64,000 bases of DNA from an uncultured Chloroflexia bacterium (GTDB taxonomy: Bacteria > Chloroflexota > Chloroflexia > QHBQ01 > JADMIH01): contig CAWCNY010000003.1 of NCBI GenBank assembly GCA_963797095.1, positions 416,001 through 480,000 on the forward strand, given 5' to 3'. This document shows positions 52,279 through 62,455 of the stretch, in pieces. The translations under genes and the position numbers were made by a program. Below the pieces are notes generated by a model, which saw nothing but the letters and a program-made list of their open reading frames with translations, had not been told where the DNA came from and did no database searches. How positions within the stretch are numbered: the stretch's first letter is position 1; each line of letters opens with the position of its first letter.

Positions 52279-53340
52279 GTGGCAATTGTGTATGACGCCG
52301 TTATTGTTGGAGGCAGTTTTGCGGGATTGGCCGCCGCTATGCAATTGCGCGGCTTCAAGGTGCTTGTCATAGACCAGCGGCCTATTGGCACGCACCAATC
52401 CTCCACCTGCGCCACGCCTTTGCCCGTAGCGCAAGCAGTTGGAGCTACTAATGCAATCCAACAGACACATAACTACCTCGTAACTCACGTAGCTCACCGT
52501 GACCTCCGCTATCACCTTCAAGACCCATACGTCACCTTCGACTACCACACCTTCTGCCGGGCTATGCTTGCCCAGACCGGTGCAGAAGTATGGTTGGCGC
52601 GGGCCATGGGCTATCAGGACGGCCTCGTTACCACAACCCGTGGGGAGGTCAGTGCTCGCTGCATCGTCGACGCGTCCGGTTGGCAGTCACTAAAGCGCCA
52701 TGTGCCTGAGCGCGATCGGCGTCCGGTGGGCTACGGCATGGAAACCGAGCTTCCGGTCACTCTTCCGCTCAGCCCCGGCTTGCACTTCTATTTCGAGAAG
52801 AAGATCGTGCGTAATGGCTACGCATGGGTCTTTCCCTGCGGCTCAAGCTCACGTATCGGCGTGTGCAGCTTCGATCAGGGCGTGCATCTTCGATCTATGC
52901 TCGATGCCTTCCTCGACAGATTCGGCCTGCAATGTGGGAGCACCCACGGTGGGGGTATACCCATCTTACGTCGCCAACCTCTATCGAGCGACCTCTTCGT
53001 TATAGGTGATGCCGGGGGCCAGTGCCTGCCGATCTGGGCGGAAGGCATTCGCTCAGCGATATACCATGGCACAGCTTGCGGGCAAGCAATTGCGGGCGTG
53101 CTGGCCGGCGACCTCTCGCTTGAAGAGGCCCGGATACGCTACGCGACCCTGGCCCGACGCACCGAGCGCTTCCAACTCCTGCTGCTGGCTGTGCACAACA
53201 CCACGGCCTGGCTACCTGAGTGGTGGCGCGCGCTTATCCTCGCCACAATTTCACGTGTACGATTGGCGGACCCTTTTGTAAAGGTATACCAGCGCGGAAG
53301 CGGTTGGCTCTCCAGCACATCCCCGCCCATATTGTCCTAG
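52279..53340 (+). CDS. FAD-dependent oxidoreductase (geranylgeranyl reductase/lycopene cyclase-like)
   Basis: IVGGSFAGLAAA, VDASG, GYAWVFP, GDAGG..P..EGI; start may be 52288. Confidence 0.8.
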   Translation: MAIVYDAVIVGGSFAGLAAAMQLRGFKVLVIDQRPIGTHQSSTCATPLPVAQAVGATNAIQQTHNYLVTHVAHRDLRYHLQDPYVTFDYHTFCRAMLAQTGAEVWLARAMGYQDGLVTTTRGEVSARCIVDASGWQSLKRHVPERDRRPVGYGMETELPVTLPLSPGLHFYFEKKIVRNGYAWVFPCGSSSRIGVCSFDQGVHLRSMLDAFLDRFGLQCGSTHGGGIPILRRQPLSSDLFVIGDAGGQCLPIWAEGIRSAIYHGTACGQAIAGVLAGDLSLEEARIRYATLARRTERFQLLLLAVHNTTAWLPEWWRALILATISRVRLADPFVKVYQRGSGWLSSTSPPILS

Positions 53341-53460
53341 CTACTCGCACCGGCAGGCAAATCGATCGATACGACTGCATCGCCCAAGACTAGACTTACT
53401 TGCATTTCATATCATTTGCGGCAGTGATCCTGCGCAGATGAAACGATCTGGGAACGCTTC

Positions 53461-54420
53461 ATGTTGTATAAGGCGAAATATCACCCTGCTGCAAGGAGCG
53501 AGGCTATGCTATCTCGAACATGTCGGAAATCACAAACACTTGAGATGCGTTCGACGGAAGACACCAGTATAGTCGAGCCGGCAAATCGCGTGATTTCAAA
53601 AGGGCCGTGGATCATGCGGCAAAGCTGGCATAACCTGCTCTTCGCACATTGGCCCGTCGCTCCGGAAGCTATCAGGCATCTCATTCCGCAGGACCTTACC
53701 CTCGATACTTATGGTGGCCAGGCATGGGTCGGCCTGATCGCCTTCCGGCTTAGCGGGATCGCACTCAGAGGTTTCCCCGCGATCCCGCCTTTCAATGCCT
53801 TCCCTGAGATCAACGTCCGCACCTATGTCACCCGCGATGATAGACCAGGCGTTTATTTCCTCAGCCTTGATGCCAATAATTGGGCGGCAATGGCCCTGGC
53901 CAGGCCTTGGTTCCGCCTGCCCTACACTTACGCTGCAATCAACTTCAGAGAGGAAGGCGACACGATCCACTTCACCAGTCGCAGGCAGGGATCTAGGACG
54001 ACCCAGGCCGAGTTCTCCGGTAGCTACCGGCCTATCGGTGAGCCGTGCGTGTCGACTCCGGGCAGCCTCGAACATTTCCTAGTCGAGCGCTATTCCTTCT
54101 ATACGCAAGATCGGCGGCAGGAGCTTTGTAGGTCCGATGTGTATCACAATTCATGGCCTCTACAACCTGCGGAAGCTAACATAGTCAAGAACACTCTGCC
54201 TCTTTCGCATGGCATAGAACTGCCTGACGTGCAGCCGCTTCTGCATTTTGCAAGCGGCACGCAAGCGCACATCTGGCCTCTACGCAGGCTCTCGCCTGAG
54301 GCACTCTCGATAGCTCCGGGGCCGAGGCTGGCCTGGTACCGGCAGAAAGTAGTTGAAAGTCGCAAAGTTCTCATAGTCGGTTCATCTCAAACACCTCAAA
54401 AGAAGTGCTACAATAACTAA
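53461..54420 (+). CDS. YqjF/DUF2071 family protein
   Basis: M.QSW..LLFAHW, FPEINVRTYV, GVYFLSLDA, FLVERY; start uncertain. Confidence 0.85.
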   Translation: MLYKAKYHPAARSEAMLSRTCRKSQTLEMRSTEDTSIVEPANRVISKGPWIMRQSWHNLLFAHWPVAPEAIRHLIPQDLTLDTYGGQAWVGLIAFRLSGIALRGFPAIPPFNAFPEINVRTYVTRDDRPGVYFLSLDANNWAAMALARPWFRLPYTYAAINFREEGDTIHFTSRRQGSRTTQAEFSGSYRPIGEPCVSTPGSLEHFLVERYSFYTQDRRQELCRSDVYHNSWPLQPAEANIVKNTLPLSHGIELPDVQPLLHFASGTQAHIWPLRRLSPEALSIAPGPRLAWYRQKVVESRKVLIVGSSQTPQKKCYNN

Positions 54421-54510
54421 CACTTGGGCACACCCGCAGCGCTTCGGCATGGCGCGTATCGTGCCCATAATGTGGCTATTGAGGCACTTGAGTCCGTCAA
54501 GGAGACTGAT

Positions 54511-55383
54511 ATGGCTGATAATTCAATAGCTCGAGACGACAGAAGTTCGATGGCTCAAACCGTGCGTGACGACCGTATCCTGCCGGAAACACGCGTGGTT
54601 GCATTCATCGTACCACCCTTCCTCTTAGCCGCCTTCATAATCCTTTACTTCTTTCCGGGAAACACAACCGAGCTTTTCGCCTGGACCATCAAGCCTCAAA
54701 TGACACCGCTGCTCATGGGAGGCGGTTACATTTCAGGATCATACTTCTTCATCAGGCTAATTATGGGCGGAAAGTGGCACTGGTTCACGCACGGATTTCT
54801 CGCTATCAGCGCCTTCACCTGGTTTATGGGCCTCGCCACACTGCTGCACTTTGACAAATTCAACTACAGCCATATATCATTTTATGCCTGGCTGATCCTT
54901 TACATTGTCACGCCATTCCTGGTCCCCTTCATCTGGCTTCGCAACAGGGGGGCTGACCCTGGCACCCCCGATCCGGATGACGTGGTTGTGTCGCCTACAA
55001 TTCGCCTGGTAGCACGCATTGTGGGGATTGGTTTGCTTGCCATGGCCTTGTTCATGTTCATCTTCCCATCTACTATAATCAGCATTTGGCCCTGGCAACT
55101 GACACCTTTGACCACGCGCGTGACTGCCGGTTGGTTCTCTCTGCCCGCCGTGGTAGCGATTACGACCAGCACCAACTCGCGCTGGAGCTCCTGGCGGATA
55201 TTGATCGAGAGCCAACTAATCGCGTTGGCATTGCTCCTGATCAGCGTAGTGCGGGCCTGGGGCGACTTCGACACATCTAACCTCCTGACCTGGGTGTTCA
55301 TCATCGGCATCGCCCTCCTCCTCATCGCCGCTACCGCCCTTTACACCTACATGGAGTCGCAACGCCGTCAGGCGATAGCCTAA
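54511..55383 (+). CDS. Integral membrane protein
   Basis: About 8 TM segments; FAWTI.P and WPWQLTPL internal repeat; AAGGAG RBS. Confidence 0.75.
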   Translation: MADNSIARDDRSSMAQTVRDDRILPETRVVAFIVPPFLLAAFIILYFFPGNTTELFAWTIKPQMTPLLMGGGYISGSYFFIRLIMGGKWHWFTHGFLAISAFTWFMGLATLLHFDKFNYSHISFYAWLILYIVTPFLVPFIWLRNRGADPGTPDPDDVVVSPTIRLVARIVGIGLLAMALFMFIFPSTIISIWPWQLTPLTTRVTAGWFSLPAVVAITTSTNSRWSSWRILIESQLIALALLLISVVRAWGDFDTSNLLTWVFIIGIALLLIAATALYTYMESQRRQAIA

Positions 55384-55403
55384 AAGTAAGAAGCAATTCA
55401 CTT

Positions 55404-55943
55404 ATGACTAGGCTGAACATACCTTCCAACGTAGACCGAGTAATGGCCGAGTGCTTTACCTGCGAGTTTACTACGGTGAACTCGCAGGGCCAGCCGATAA
55501 CATGGCCTTCAGTGCCATATTACAACCGCGAGGAAGGTAGGCTGATAATCACCGTGTCTATTGCTTTTCCCGTGAAGGCATACAACGCCCGCAAGCACCC
55601 GCAAGTGTCTATGTTTTTCTCGGATTTCACAGGATCGCACCTGGAGGACCCTCCCGCCGTGCTGGTACAGGGCACGGCAGAGGTGGCCGAGGTGCTGGAA
55701 TATGGGCCTGATATTATCGGCCTCTTCAAGACGGTAGCGAAGCGGCAACCTGGGAGTAGCAAGTTCACCTCCACCAAGCTGGTTCGCAACCTGTTTTTCG
55801 CCTATCTGTTCCAGCGGATCGCGCTCACAGTGACCCCCAGGCGCATCCTTTACTGGCCACGTCGCGATTTTAGCTCAATGCCGAAAGTGATCGACCTGAG
55901 TGAGACGGCAACGAAGGGGAAGGAGGCCGGCGGTGTGGAATAA
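55404..55943 (+). CDS. Pyridoxamine 5'-phosphate oxidase family (split-barrel flavin/F420-binding) protein
   Basis: TVN..G.P.TWP, K..N....P.VS, VQGTA.V. Confidence 0.8.
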   Translation: MTRLNIPSNVDRVMAECFTCEFTTVNSQGQPITWPSVPYYNREEGRLIITVSIAFPVKAYNARKHPQVSMFFSDFTGSHLEDPPAVLVQGTAEVAEVLEYGPDIIGLFKTVAKRQPGSSKFTSTKLVRNLFFAYLFQRIALTVTPRRILYWPRRDFSSMPKVIDLSETATKGKEAGGVE

Positions 55944-56394
55944 GAAACTGGCCGAAGTTGCAAGCGGCTACCCGACAGTGGCCTTGACCGTGGAGGAGCC
56001 TTCGGGCTACCCGATCAGCGTGCGCTGTAAAGCTCGGTTCGATGAAGCGCACGAAATGGTCCATTTGCCATCTCCACCTGCTATCGCCTGCAATTGGCGC
56101 GGCAAAGCCTGCCTCCTGTTCCATCATCATGATGAACATTTAGAGGAGCTGCGCCAGATCGTTATTAAAGGAGAATTGGTGGAAGAAAGGGGCTTACCTG
56201 CCCTCAAAGTGACCGAGTTTGTCACAGCCAACGGACGAACCGATACTGATGTGATGCCGCATGCGGGAGCACCCTTCCGAATGTTCCAATTCCTGCTGCT
56301 GGTCCGCCGGAAAGCCCGCGAGTATATAACCAGGCGCGGCGCGCCCTGGCCCCCGGTTCCATTCGACGAAATCACCCGCAAGACATCTGAATAA
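55933..56394 (+). CDS. Hypothetical protein, probable second split-barrel protein
   Basis: GYPISVRC, ACLLFH.H, Q..IKG; AAGGAGG RBS; overlaps the upstream gene. Confidence 0.6.
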   Translation: MWNKKLAEVASGYPTVALTVEEPSGYPISVRCKARFDEAHEMVHLPSPPAIACNWRGKACLLFHHHDEHLEELRQIVIKGELVEERGLPALKVTEFVTANGRTDTDVMPHAGAPFRMFQFLLLVRRKAREYITRRGAPWPPVPFDEITRKTSE

Positions 56395-56417
56395 TGCATT
56401 GGAGTGTAAGCACCGGA

Positions 56418-56454
56418 AAGAACAACCTGGCACTTTTGCCGTCAGGTTGTTCTT
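56418..56454. terminator. Hairpin between convergent genes
   Basis: AAGAACAACCTGGC / GTCAGGTTGTTCTT. Confidence 0.65.
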
Positions 56455-56463
56455 CCTTGTGTA

Positions 56464-56715
56464 TTAGGGGTACAGTCTACCGACCGGAACCCATTTGGGC
56501 AGTCGCAGGCTTACCTGTCGTTCACCTACCAGCCTGAGTACGAGCCGCCTATGCTTATGCTCGTCGTGTTCGGCATCCGCCTTCAACTCAGCTTTGTACT
56601 GAGCATCAGGATCGTTGCGTTGGTGAGCCTTGCGATAGTACGCGGGGCCACCACGTAGAGCTTCTTGCATGACTTTCTCATTCAGGTAGCTGTTGAGGTT
56701 CTGCATGTTGTCCAT
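56464..56715 (-). CDS. Small hypothetical protein
   Basis: Strong AAAGGAGGAG RBS. Confidence 0.6.
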   Translation of the reverse strand: MDNMQNLNSYLNEKVMQEALRGGPAYYRKAHQRNDPDAQYKAELKADAEHDEHKHRRLVLRLVGERQVSLRLPKWVPVGRLYP

Positions 56716-57122
56716 TTGTCTCCTCCTTTCAGAGAACTCGGGGTGTCACCGTTGATTGGGTAACACCGTCTGCCTTGCCATTGCTCACAGTCTACGGGCT
56801 TGTTCAGACAGGCACATCGGATAAAACGCTTAACCTACACCAGTCATCTGAGGATTAAGTCGCAAGGCGGATGATTAACGTACCTCGCGAGAGGTAGCGT
56901 GGCCAGGCATGAAGGAGGATTAATCGCTGATCTGGACAATGAGCACTGAATGAGCGCAGTTTGAACTTCAATTTGAACAATGGCAGCCGGTAATATCAAA
57001 CAAGAGCATGCGGAGAACCTCAGGATGATCCATTGTCACATTCGGCCCGTATTATGTGTAGAGCCATGTATAATGCATGGCACCTGGCTGACGTGTTATG
57101 TACCCGCTGAATCTGACATGGA

Positions 57123-57629
57123 GTGACCAATAGAATGAATTACTCTTTCACAACCTACTGGCAGATAGATGCCCCTATCAATACTGTTTGGGACGCTATT
57201 TACGATGCTAAGAACTGGCCCAAGTGGTGGAAGAACGTGAAAAAGGTGACGGTGATCAAGGAAGGGGATAAGAACGGGATCGGGGCCATACAGCATCACG
57301 AATGGGGCACTGCCCTACCGTACAGGCTTGTGTTCGATATCAAGACCACCAAGGTCGAGCGCCCGCACCTGTTGCTGGCCGACTCGATTGGGCAGTTGAT
57401 CGGCACGGGACGCTGGGAGTTGAAGGAAGAGGGGAGCACAACGTTAGTGCGCTACGACTGGAACGTGCGCACCACCAAGAAGTGGATGAACCTGCTCGCG
57501 CCGATTCTGCGGCCTGTGTTCGCCTGGAACCATAAGGCGGTCATGGGTGAGGGCGGGAGAAGTCTTGCCAGGCTGCTCGGCACGAGGCTGGTACAGGAGC
57601 CGAGGCATGTCATTAACGTGACGGCGTGA
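57123..57629 (+). CDS. SRPBCC/polyketide cyclase family protein
   Basis: IDAP...VWD....NWPKWW, G.L.G.GRW, YDWNV.T, F.WNH..VM. Confidence 0.85.
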   Translation: MTNRMNYSFTTYWQIDAPINTVWDAIYDAKNWPKWWKNVKKVTVIKEGDKNGIGAIQHHEWGTALPYRLVFDIKTTKVERPHLLLADSIGQLIGTGRWELKEEGSTTLVRYDWNVRTTKKWMNLLAPILRPVFAWNHKAVMGEGGRSLARLLGTRLVQEPRHVINVTA

Positions 57630-57724
57630 AGATGAACCATGGACTATAGTTTGCAGTTCCTGGTTCCTGGTTCCTTGTTATCGGTTGTTGGAGCACAGGC
57701 GTTCCGGGGAAGGTGGGTAGTTGA

Positions 57725-58519
57725 GTGAGAACGCAGGAGCATATTACCAATCCTGTTTACGAATATGTCATGCAGAAGCCGTCGCGGTGGATGTCTACCA
57801 ATCCGCTGACTAACTTCTGTATGGTCAGTTATGCTGTGCCTCCTGAGCGGGTGCGCGATTATATCCCGGCGGGGTTGGATTTGGATACGCGCCGCGATTC
57901 CAGAGGTGATGAAAAGGCGTTCATATCGGCTGTGATATTCAAGAACGACCACATCCGGCTGCTGCCTTTGCCATGGCCCACTTTCACGTTCTTGCAGGTG
58001 AACTACCGCATTTATGTGCGCCACAAGAACACGCCGGGTGTGTGGTTCTTCTACCTGGCACAGGACTCGAAGATGGCCGGGTTCAACCGGCGGATATTTG
58101 GCACACCTACTTTCTATGCGCATATGAGGCAAGATTGTGACCTGGACGTGCAGAGGGGCACGTCCAGATATTACCGCTTTGATTCGGATGCTCCTGACCA
58201 TACGCTGCACCTGGACGTGGAGCCTGCGTCCGATTTGACCGACTTCGACGGGCTATTCTCCTCGGCTGAGGAAATGGAGGTGTTCCTTGGCTCGCGGCCT
58301 GAGGGCTACTTCAATAACCTGCGTAAGCCGGAGATTACCGGTATCAGTGTGTGGCACAATGTGATAAGACCTCACTTTGGCACTGCACGCAGGGCAGAGT
58401 TCAGCGTATTGAGCGATCGTGGCCTTGTGACCGGCGAGGAGCAGCGCAGACCTTATAGTGTGATGCTCACTCCACGAACGGTGTTGCTGGGGCAGTTGCC
58501 GAAGCGGTTTGTACCCTGA
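57725..58519 (+). CDS. DUF2071-like protein
   Basis: Y.VPP.....IP.GLDLD, F.QVNYR.YV, PGVWF. Confidence 0.7.
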   Translation: MRTQEHITNPVYEYVMQKPSRWMSTNPLTNFCMVSYAVPPERVRDYIPAGLDLDTRRDSRGDEKAFISAVIFKNDHIRLLPLPWPTFTFLQVNYRIYVRHKNTPGVWFFYLAQDSKMAGFNRRIFGTPTFYAHMRQDCDLDVQRGTSRYYRFDSDAPDHTLHLDVEPASDLTDFDGLFSSAEEMEVFLGSRPEGYFNNLRKPEITGISVWHNVIRPHFGTARRAEFSVLSDRGLVTGEEQRRPYSVMLTPRTVLLGQLPKRFVP

Positions 58520-58572
58520 GCGAGATCGCGGCCTGGTTGCCCGGCGAATCGGGCGCGTGATACAATCAGGGC

Positions 58573-59280
58573 ATGACAGACGAACAATCTCGCGCTGATG
58601 CGCACACGCTCTCACCTGCCGAGAAGGTGGAGAGGGTATATGATGCTCTCCGGCATGTGTATGGACCGCTGGAGTGGCACCCGAGCACGGACCCGCTTTC
58701 CGAGCTTATTCTTACTATCCTGTCGCAGCATACATCTGATACCAACCGCGACCGCGCCTTCAACACTATGAAGGAGCGGTTCCCCACGTGGGAAGAAGTG
58801 CGCGACGCGCCGACACAGGAACTGGCCGATGCGATCAAGTCGGGCGGGTTGTCGAATGTGAAGGCTCCACGCATTCAGGAGGTGCTGCGCCAGCTTGGAG
58901 ATGAGCGGAGCGGCGACCTCAACCTCGATTTCGTGTCGGAAATGCCCGTGGAAGATGCGAAAGCATACCTGGCGCGATTTCGTGGGGTTGGCCCCAAGAC
59001 GGCAGCCTGCGTGCTGATGTTCGCATGCGGGATGCCGGTTATGCCTGTTGACACGCATGTGCATCGAGTGTCGGGGAGGCTTGGGCTGATCGGATCGCGC
59101 ACGAGCGCCGAGCAGGCGCATGAGGAGCTTGAGGTGATTGTCCCTCCTGATAAGCGATACAGCTTCCACATTTACCTCATCTGGCATGGAAGGCAGGTTT
59201 GTAAGGCGCAACGCCCATTATGTGAGATATGTGCACTGACCTCCTTTTGCGATTACTATGCCCGCACCGGCTGGGCATAA
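58573..59280 (+). CDS. nth: Endonuclease III
   Basis: ILSQHTSD, GVGPKTA, VDTHVHRV, C-X6-C-X2-C-X5-C. Confidence 0.93.
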   Translation: MTDEQSRADAHTLSPAEKVERVYDALRHVYGPLEWHPSTDPLSELILTILSQHTSDTNRDRAFNTMKERFPTWEEVRDAPTQELADAIKSGGLSNVKAPRIQEVLRQLGDERSGDLNLDFVSEMPVEDAKAYLARFRGVGPKTAACVLMFACGMPVMPVDTHVHRVSGRLGLIGSRTSAEQAHEELEVIVPPDKRYSFHIYLIWHGRQVCKAQRPLCEICALTSFCDYYARTGWA

Positions 59281-59474
59281 TAAACACAGGTATGGACTAA
59301 TGGGGGCTTTTTCCGATTTTTGCGGTTATCGGAGTCGTTTTGTTGAACGAGGATCGGACTTCCCCTCATTTACATAATGACCTTGGTGGGACAAAACCGG
59401 ACAGGTTTCGAGGTGTACTTTAGTACAGTTTTTGGTACCTGGACGCCGACACCGAATTCTTCTCTATTTCCCTA

Positions 59475-59503
59475 TTGACATATGCGCTATTCTGTGTTAC
59501 TAT
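59475..59503 (+). promoter_or_regulatory. Sigma70 promoter of the padR operon
   Basis: TTGACA-N17-TACTAT. Confidence 0.65.
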
Positions 59504-59560
59504 ATACCAGTAGTCTGTATTACTGTATACCTGTCATACATAGTAGTGGGGGTGATCATA

Positions 59561-59887
59561 TTGAATAATCTAACGGAAATGCTGAAGGGTGTACTAGAGG
59601 GCTGTGTCCTTGAGATTATCAGCCGTAAGCAAATCTACGGCTACGAAATCACACGGCAGCTTAATGCCCTAGGATTCACGGACGTGGTGGACGGAACGGT
59701 GTACACGATTCTGGTTCGGCTTGAAAAGAACAAGCTCGTGGACATCGAGCAAAAGCCGTCCGATATGGGGCCGCCGAGAAAGTTCTTTACGCTCAACGAC
59801 GCGGGGCGCGAGGAATTACGCCGGTTCTGGGCCAAATGGGAGTTCGTCGCGTCGAAGATCAATGAATTGAAGGAGGTCCAGCTATGA
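59561..59887 (+). CDS. PadR family regulator
   Basis: EMLKGVLEGCVL, YGYEI, GTVY.IL.RLEK, GPPRK; GGTGATC RBS with TTG start. Confidence 0.9.
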   Translation: MNNLTEMLKGVLEGCVLEIISRKQIYGYEITRQLNALGFTDVVDGTVYTILVRLEKNKLVDIEQKPSDMGPPRKFFTLNDAGREELRRFWAKWEFVASKINELKEVQL

Positions 59888-60261
59888 GCGGACTGCGGGA
59901 TTTTCTCAATGATTATTTCAATTTCAGACACATCGCCCGTGAAAAGCGCAAGTTCAGGCAAATGCAGGAACGGGTGAAAGCCCTGCCGGAAGAATACACC
60001 TATGTGTACCACAAAATCCAGCACTATATGTTGAGTTACTCGGGGGGGTCGGGTATGGATATGCTGCCGATACTCACCGATTTGATCGACCTGTTCGAAA
60101 CGGGCGCGGCGGAAGGCAAGCGCGTGCTGGAAGTCACGGGCGAGGACGTGGCCGCGTTTTGCGACGAGCTTCTGCGTAACGCCAGGACATACACGGAAAA
60201 CCGGCGCGAGGCTCTGAACCACGACATTATGAAAAAACTCGGAAAGGGGAACGGTTCCTAA
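59884..60261 (+). CDS. DUF1048 family protein
   Basis: R.KALP.EY, DLFE.GAAEGK..LEVTGEDVAAFCDEL. Confidence 0.88.
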   Translation: MSGLRDFLNDYFNFRHIAREKRKFRQMQERVKALPEEYTYVYHKIQHYMLSYSGGSGMDMLPILTDLIDLFETGAAEGKRVLEVTGEDVAAFCDELLRNARTYTENRREALNHDIMKKLGKGNGS

Positions 60262-61023
60262 ATGACAGACATTGCAATTCAAGTGAAAGATTTGCGGAAA
60301 TCTTTCAAAGACACGGACGTACTGAAAGGCACTGATTTTGAGGTGCGGCGAGGCGAGATTTTCGCCTTGCTCGGCTCGAACGGCGCGGGCAAGACGACGA
60401 CCATAAACATCCTCTCGACGCTTTTGAAGCCCGACGGCGGTAGCGCGAGCGTATGCGGCTTCGACGTGGAGCGTCAGTCCGACAAGGTACGCGAGAGCAT
60501 AAGCCTTACAGGGCAATTCGCCGCCGTGGACGGCATACTCACGGGGCGTGAGAATCTCTTGCTGATTGCCAAACTGCGGAGAGTTTCCGACGCGAACAAA
60601 ATCGCCGATGAGCTGCTTTCCCGCTTTGGGCTAAGTGATGCGGCGAACCGCCGGGCAGACACGTATTCCGGCGGTATGGTTCGCAGGCTCGACATTGCGA
60701 TGAGCCTTGTCGGAACGCCCGCCGTTATCTTCCTCGACGAGCCGACGACCGGGCTTGACCCGGAGGGCCGGCTTGAAGTGTGGAGGACCGTCAAGGAGCT
60801 TGCCGATGGCGGTACAACGATCCTGCTTACGACACAATATCTTGACGAAGCGGAGCAACTCGCAGGCCGAATCGCAATCTTGCACGGAGGGAAGATCATC
60901 GCGAGTGGGACGCTTGACGAACTCAAGAAGCTGTTCCCGCCCGCCAAGGTCGAATACATAGAAAAACAGCCGTCTTTGGAGGAAATTTTCCTCGCAATCA
61001 CCGGTCGAAAGGAGAGCAAGTAA
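60262..61023 (+). CDS. ABC transporter ATP-binding protein (DrrA-like)
   Basis: GSNGAGKT, YSGGM, LDEPTTGLD. Confidence 0.93.
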   Translation: MTDIAIQVKDLRKSFKDTDVLKGTDFEVRRGEIFALLGSNGAGKTTTINILSTLLKPDGGSASVCGFDVERQSDKVRESISLTGQFAAVDGILTGRENLLLIAKLRRVSDANKIADELLSRFGLSDAANRRADTYSGGMVRRLDIAMSLVGTPAVIFLDEPTTGLDPEGRLEVWRTVKELADGGTTILLTTQYLDEAEQLAGRIAILHGGKIIASGTLDELKKLFPPAKVEYIEKQPSLEEIFLAITGRKESK

Positions 61024-61776
61024 ATGAGATTCTTGCATGATACAGGGGTGCTGCTGGGGCGTTCTATGCGCCATATTCTGCGCAGCCCTGACACAATTAT
61101 CACGGTCGCGATTATGCCGATCATGTTTATGCTGTTATTCGTCTATGTGTTCGGCGGCGCGATACAGGCGGGAACCGACAACTACGTGAATTACCTGCTG
61201 CCGGGCATACTCTTGATTGCTATAGCAAGCGGAATAGCCTACACAGCCTTTCGGTTGTTTACCGATAGGCAAAAAGGACTCTTTACGCGGTTTCACTCAA
61301 TGCCAGTGGCTCGTTCGTCAGTACTGTGGGCGCACGTGCTGACATCGCTCGTTTCCAATGCCATATCGGTTGTCGTGATTATAGTGGTCGCCTTCATCAT
61401 GGGCTTTCGCCCAGGTGCGGGCGTGCTGGAGTGGCTTGAGGTAACGGGAATACTCGTGTTGTTCACGCTGGCGCTGACTTGGCTCGCGGTTATACCCGGA
61501 CTGACGGCAAAATCGGTAGATGGCGCGAGCGCGTTCTCGTACCCGCTGATCTTCCTGCCGTTCATTAGCTCTGCATTCGTCCCAACCGCGACGATGCCCG
61601 CCATCGTCCGCGCGTTTGCTGAGAACCAGCCCGTAACGTCTATCGTCAATACGCTGCGTTCCCTGCTGAACTCGCAACCCGTAGGAAACGAGATATGGAT
61701 TGCCCTCGCGTGGTGCGTCGGGATTACAGTAGTGGCGTACTTCTTCGCAATGAGGGCGTACAAACGGATCGCGTAA
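61024..61776 (+). CDS. ABC-2 type permease
   Basis: Six TM segments; YVFGGA, NYLLPG, SSAFVP..TMP, NQP. Confidence 0.9.
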   Translation: MRFLHDTGVLLGRSMRHILRSPDTIITVAIMPIMFMLLFVYVFGGAIQAGTDNYVNYLLPGILLIAIASGIAYTAFRLFTDRQKGLFTRFHSMPVARSSVLWAHVLTSLVSNAISVVVIIVVAFIMGFRPGAGVLEWLEVTGILVLFTLALTWLAVIPGLTAKSVDGASAFSYPLIFLPFISSAFVPTATMPAIVRAFAENQPVTSIVNTLRSLLNSQPVGNEIWIALAWCVGITVVAYFFAMRAYKRIA

Positions 61777-61865
61777 AGCATGATAACGCGGGGTACCGCA
61801 AAAGTGACGCATGAGCGTGTTTGGGAGAGGATCAATGGCGCCATCCTGAGCGAACGACCAGCGAA

Positions 61866-62008
61866 GACCTATCCCCAACACCTCCCCAAATTGAGGGGGG
61901 CAGTCTAAAAAAGCAAAAATGGCGGCTTCGCCGCCATTTTTGCTTTTTTAGAACCAGATTGCACGCCTGCGAAGCATCATCTAAAATTCGGGATGTTTCA
62001 TGTTTTAG
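61866..62008 (-). repeat. Inverted copy of the 33535-33678 palindromic repeat
   Basis: TCTAAAAAAGCAAAAATGGCGGC/GCCGCCATTTTTGCTTTTTTAGA hairpin with shared flanks. Confidence 0.75.
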
Positions 62009-62143
62009 AAACAGGTTGAGTGCCTGCGAATCTGAACCTGGAAATCGGGAGCGTGCTTGTTTAGAGTGTCCGCCCCGTTAGCCGGACGGCTACCTGGGCT
62101 TATGAGGTCAGGGGAGGTGGGGCAGGCCGATGCGGGGGAGGTC

Positions 62144-62455
62144 GTGATGACTCCGCATGGCGTAAACGCCAGCAGCTTCTACGGTTTTGCACCGATGCAT
62201 ACTCATCCATATGCCATTAAGGTTGCACTATAGGAGACACCTAAGATGCTTTTACGCTGCACAAGGGTTTCGTGCAACAACCCGCTAACATCTTGCATTA
62301 TCAAAGTGCGGACTACTACCCGAAGGCAATAGTGGCGTGTAGCATTGGTTAGCTTCCACGTTACTTCAATTATGCGACAAAGGAGAGACTATGAGCAACC
62401 TTTTATCAGCCGAACCACAGCCCATAAATGGGCATGGCTTTCAAGGTTTTCTGTA
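62144..62455 (-). mobile_element. Non-coding IS200/IS605-derived cassette, copy 3 (312 bp)
   Basis: One mismatch seen versus 33702-34013; abuts the cvpA stop codon. Confidence 0.85.
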
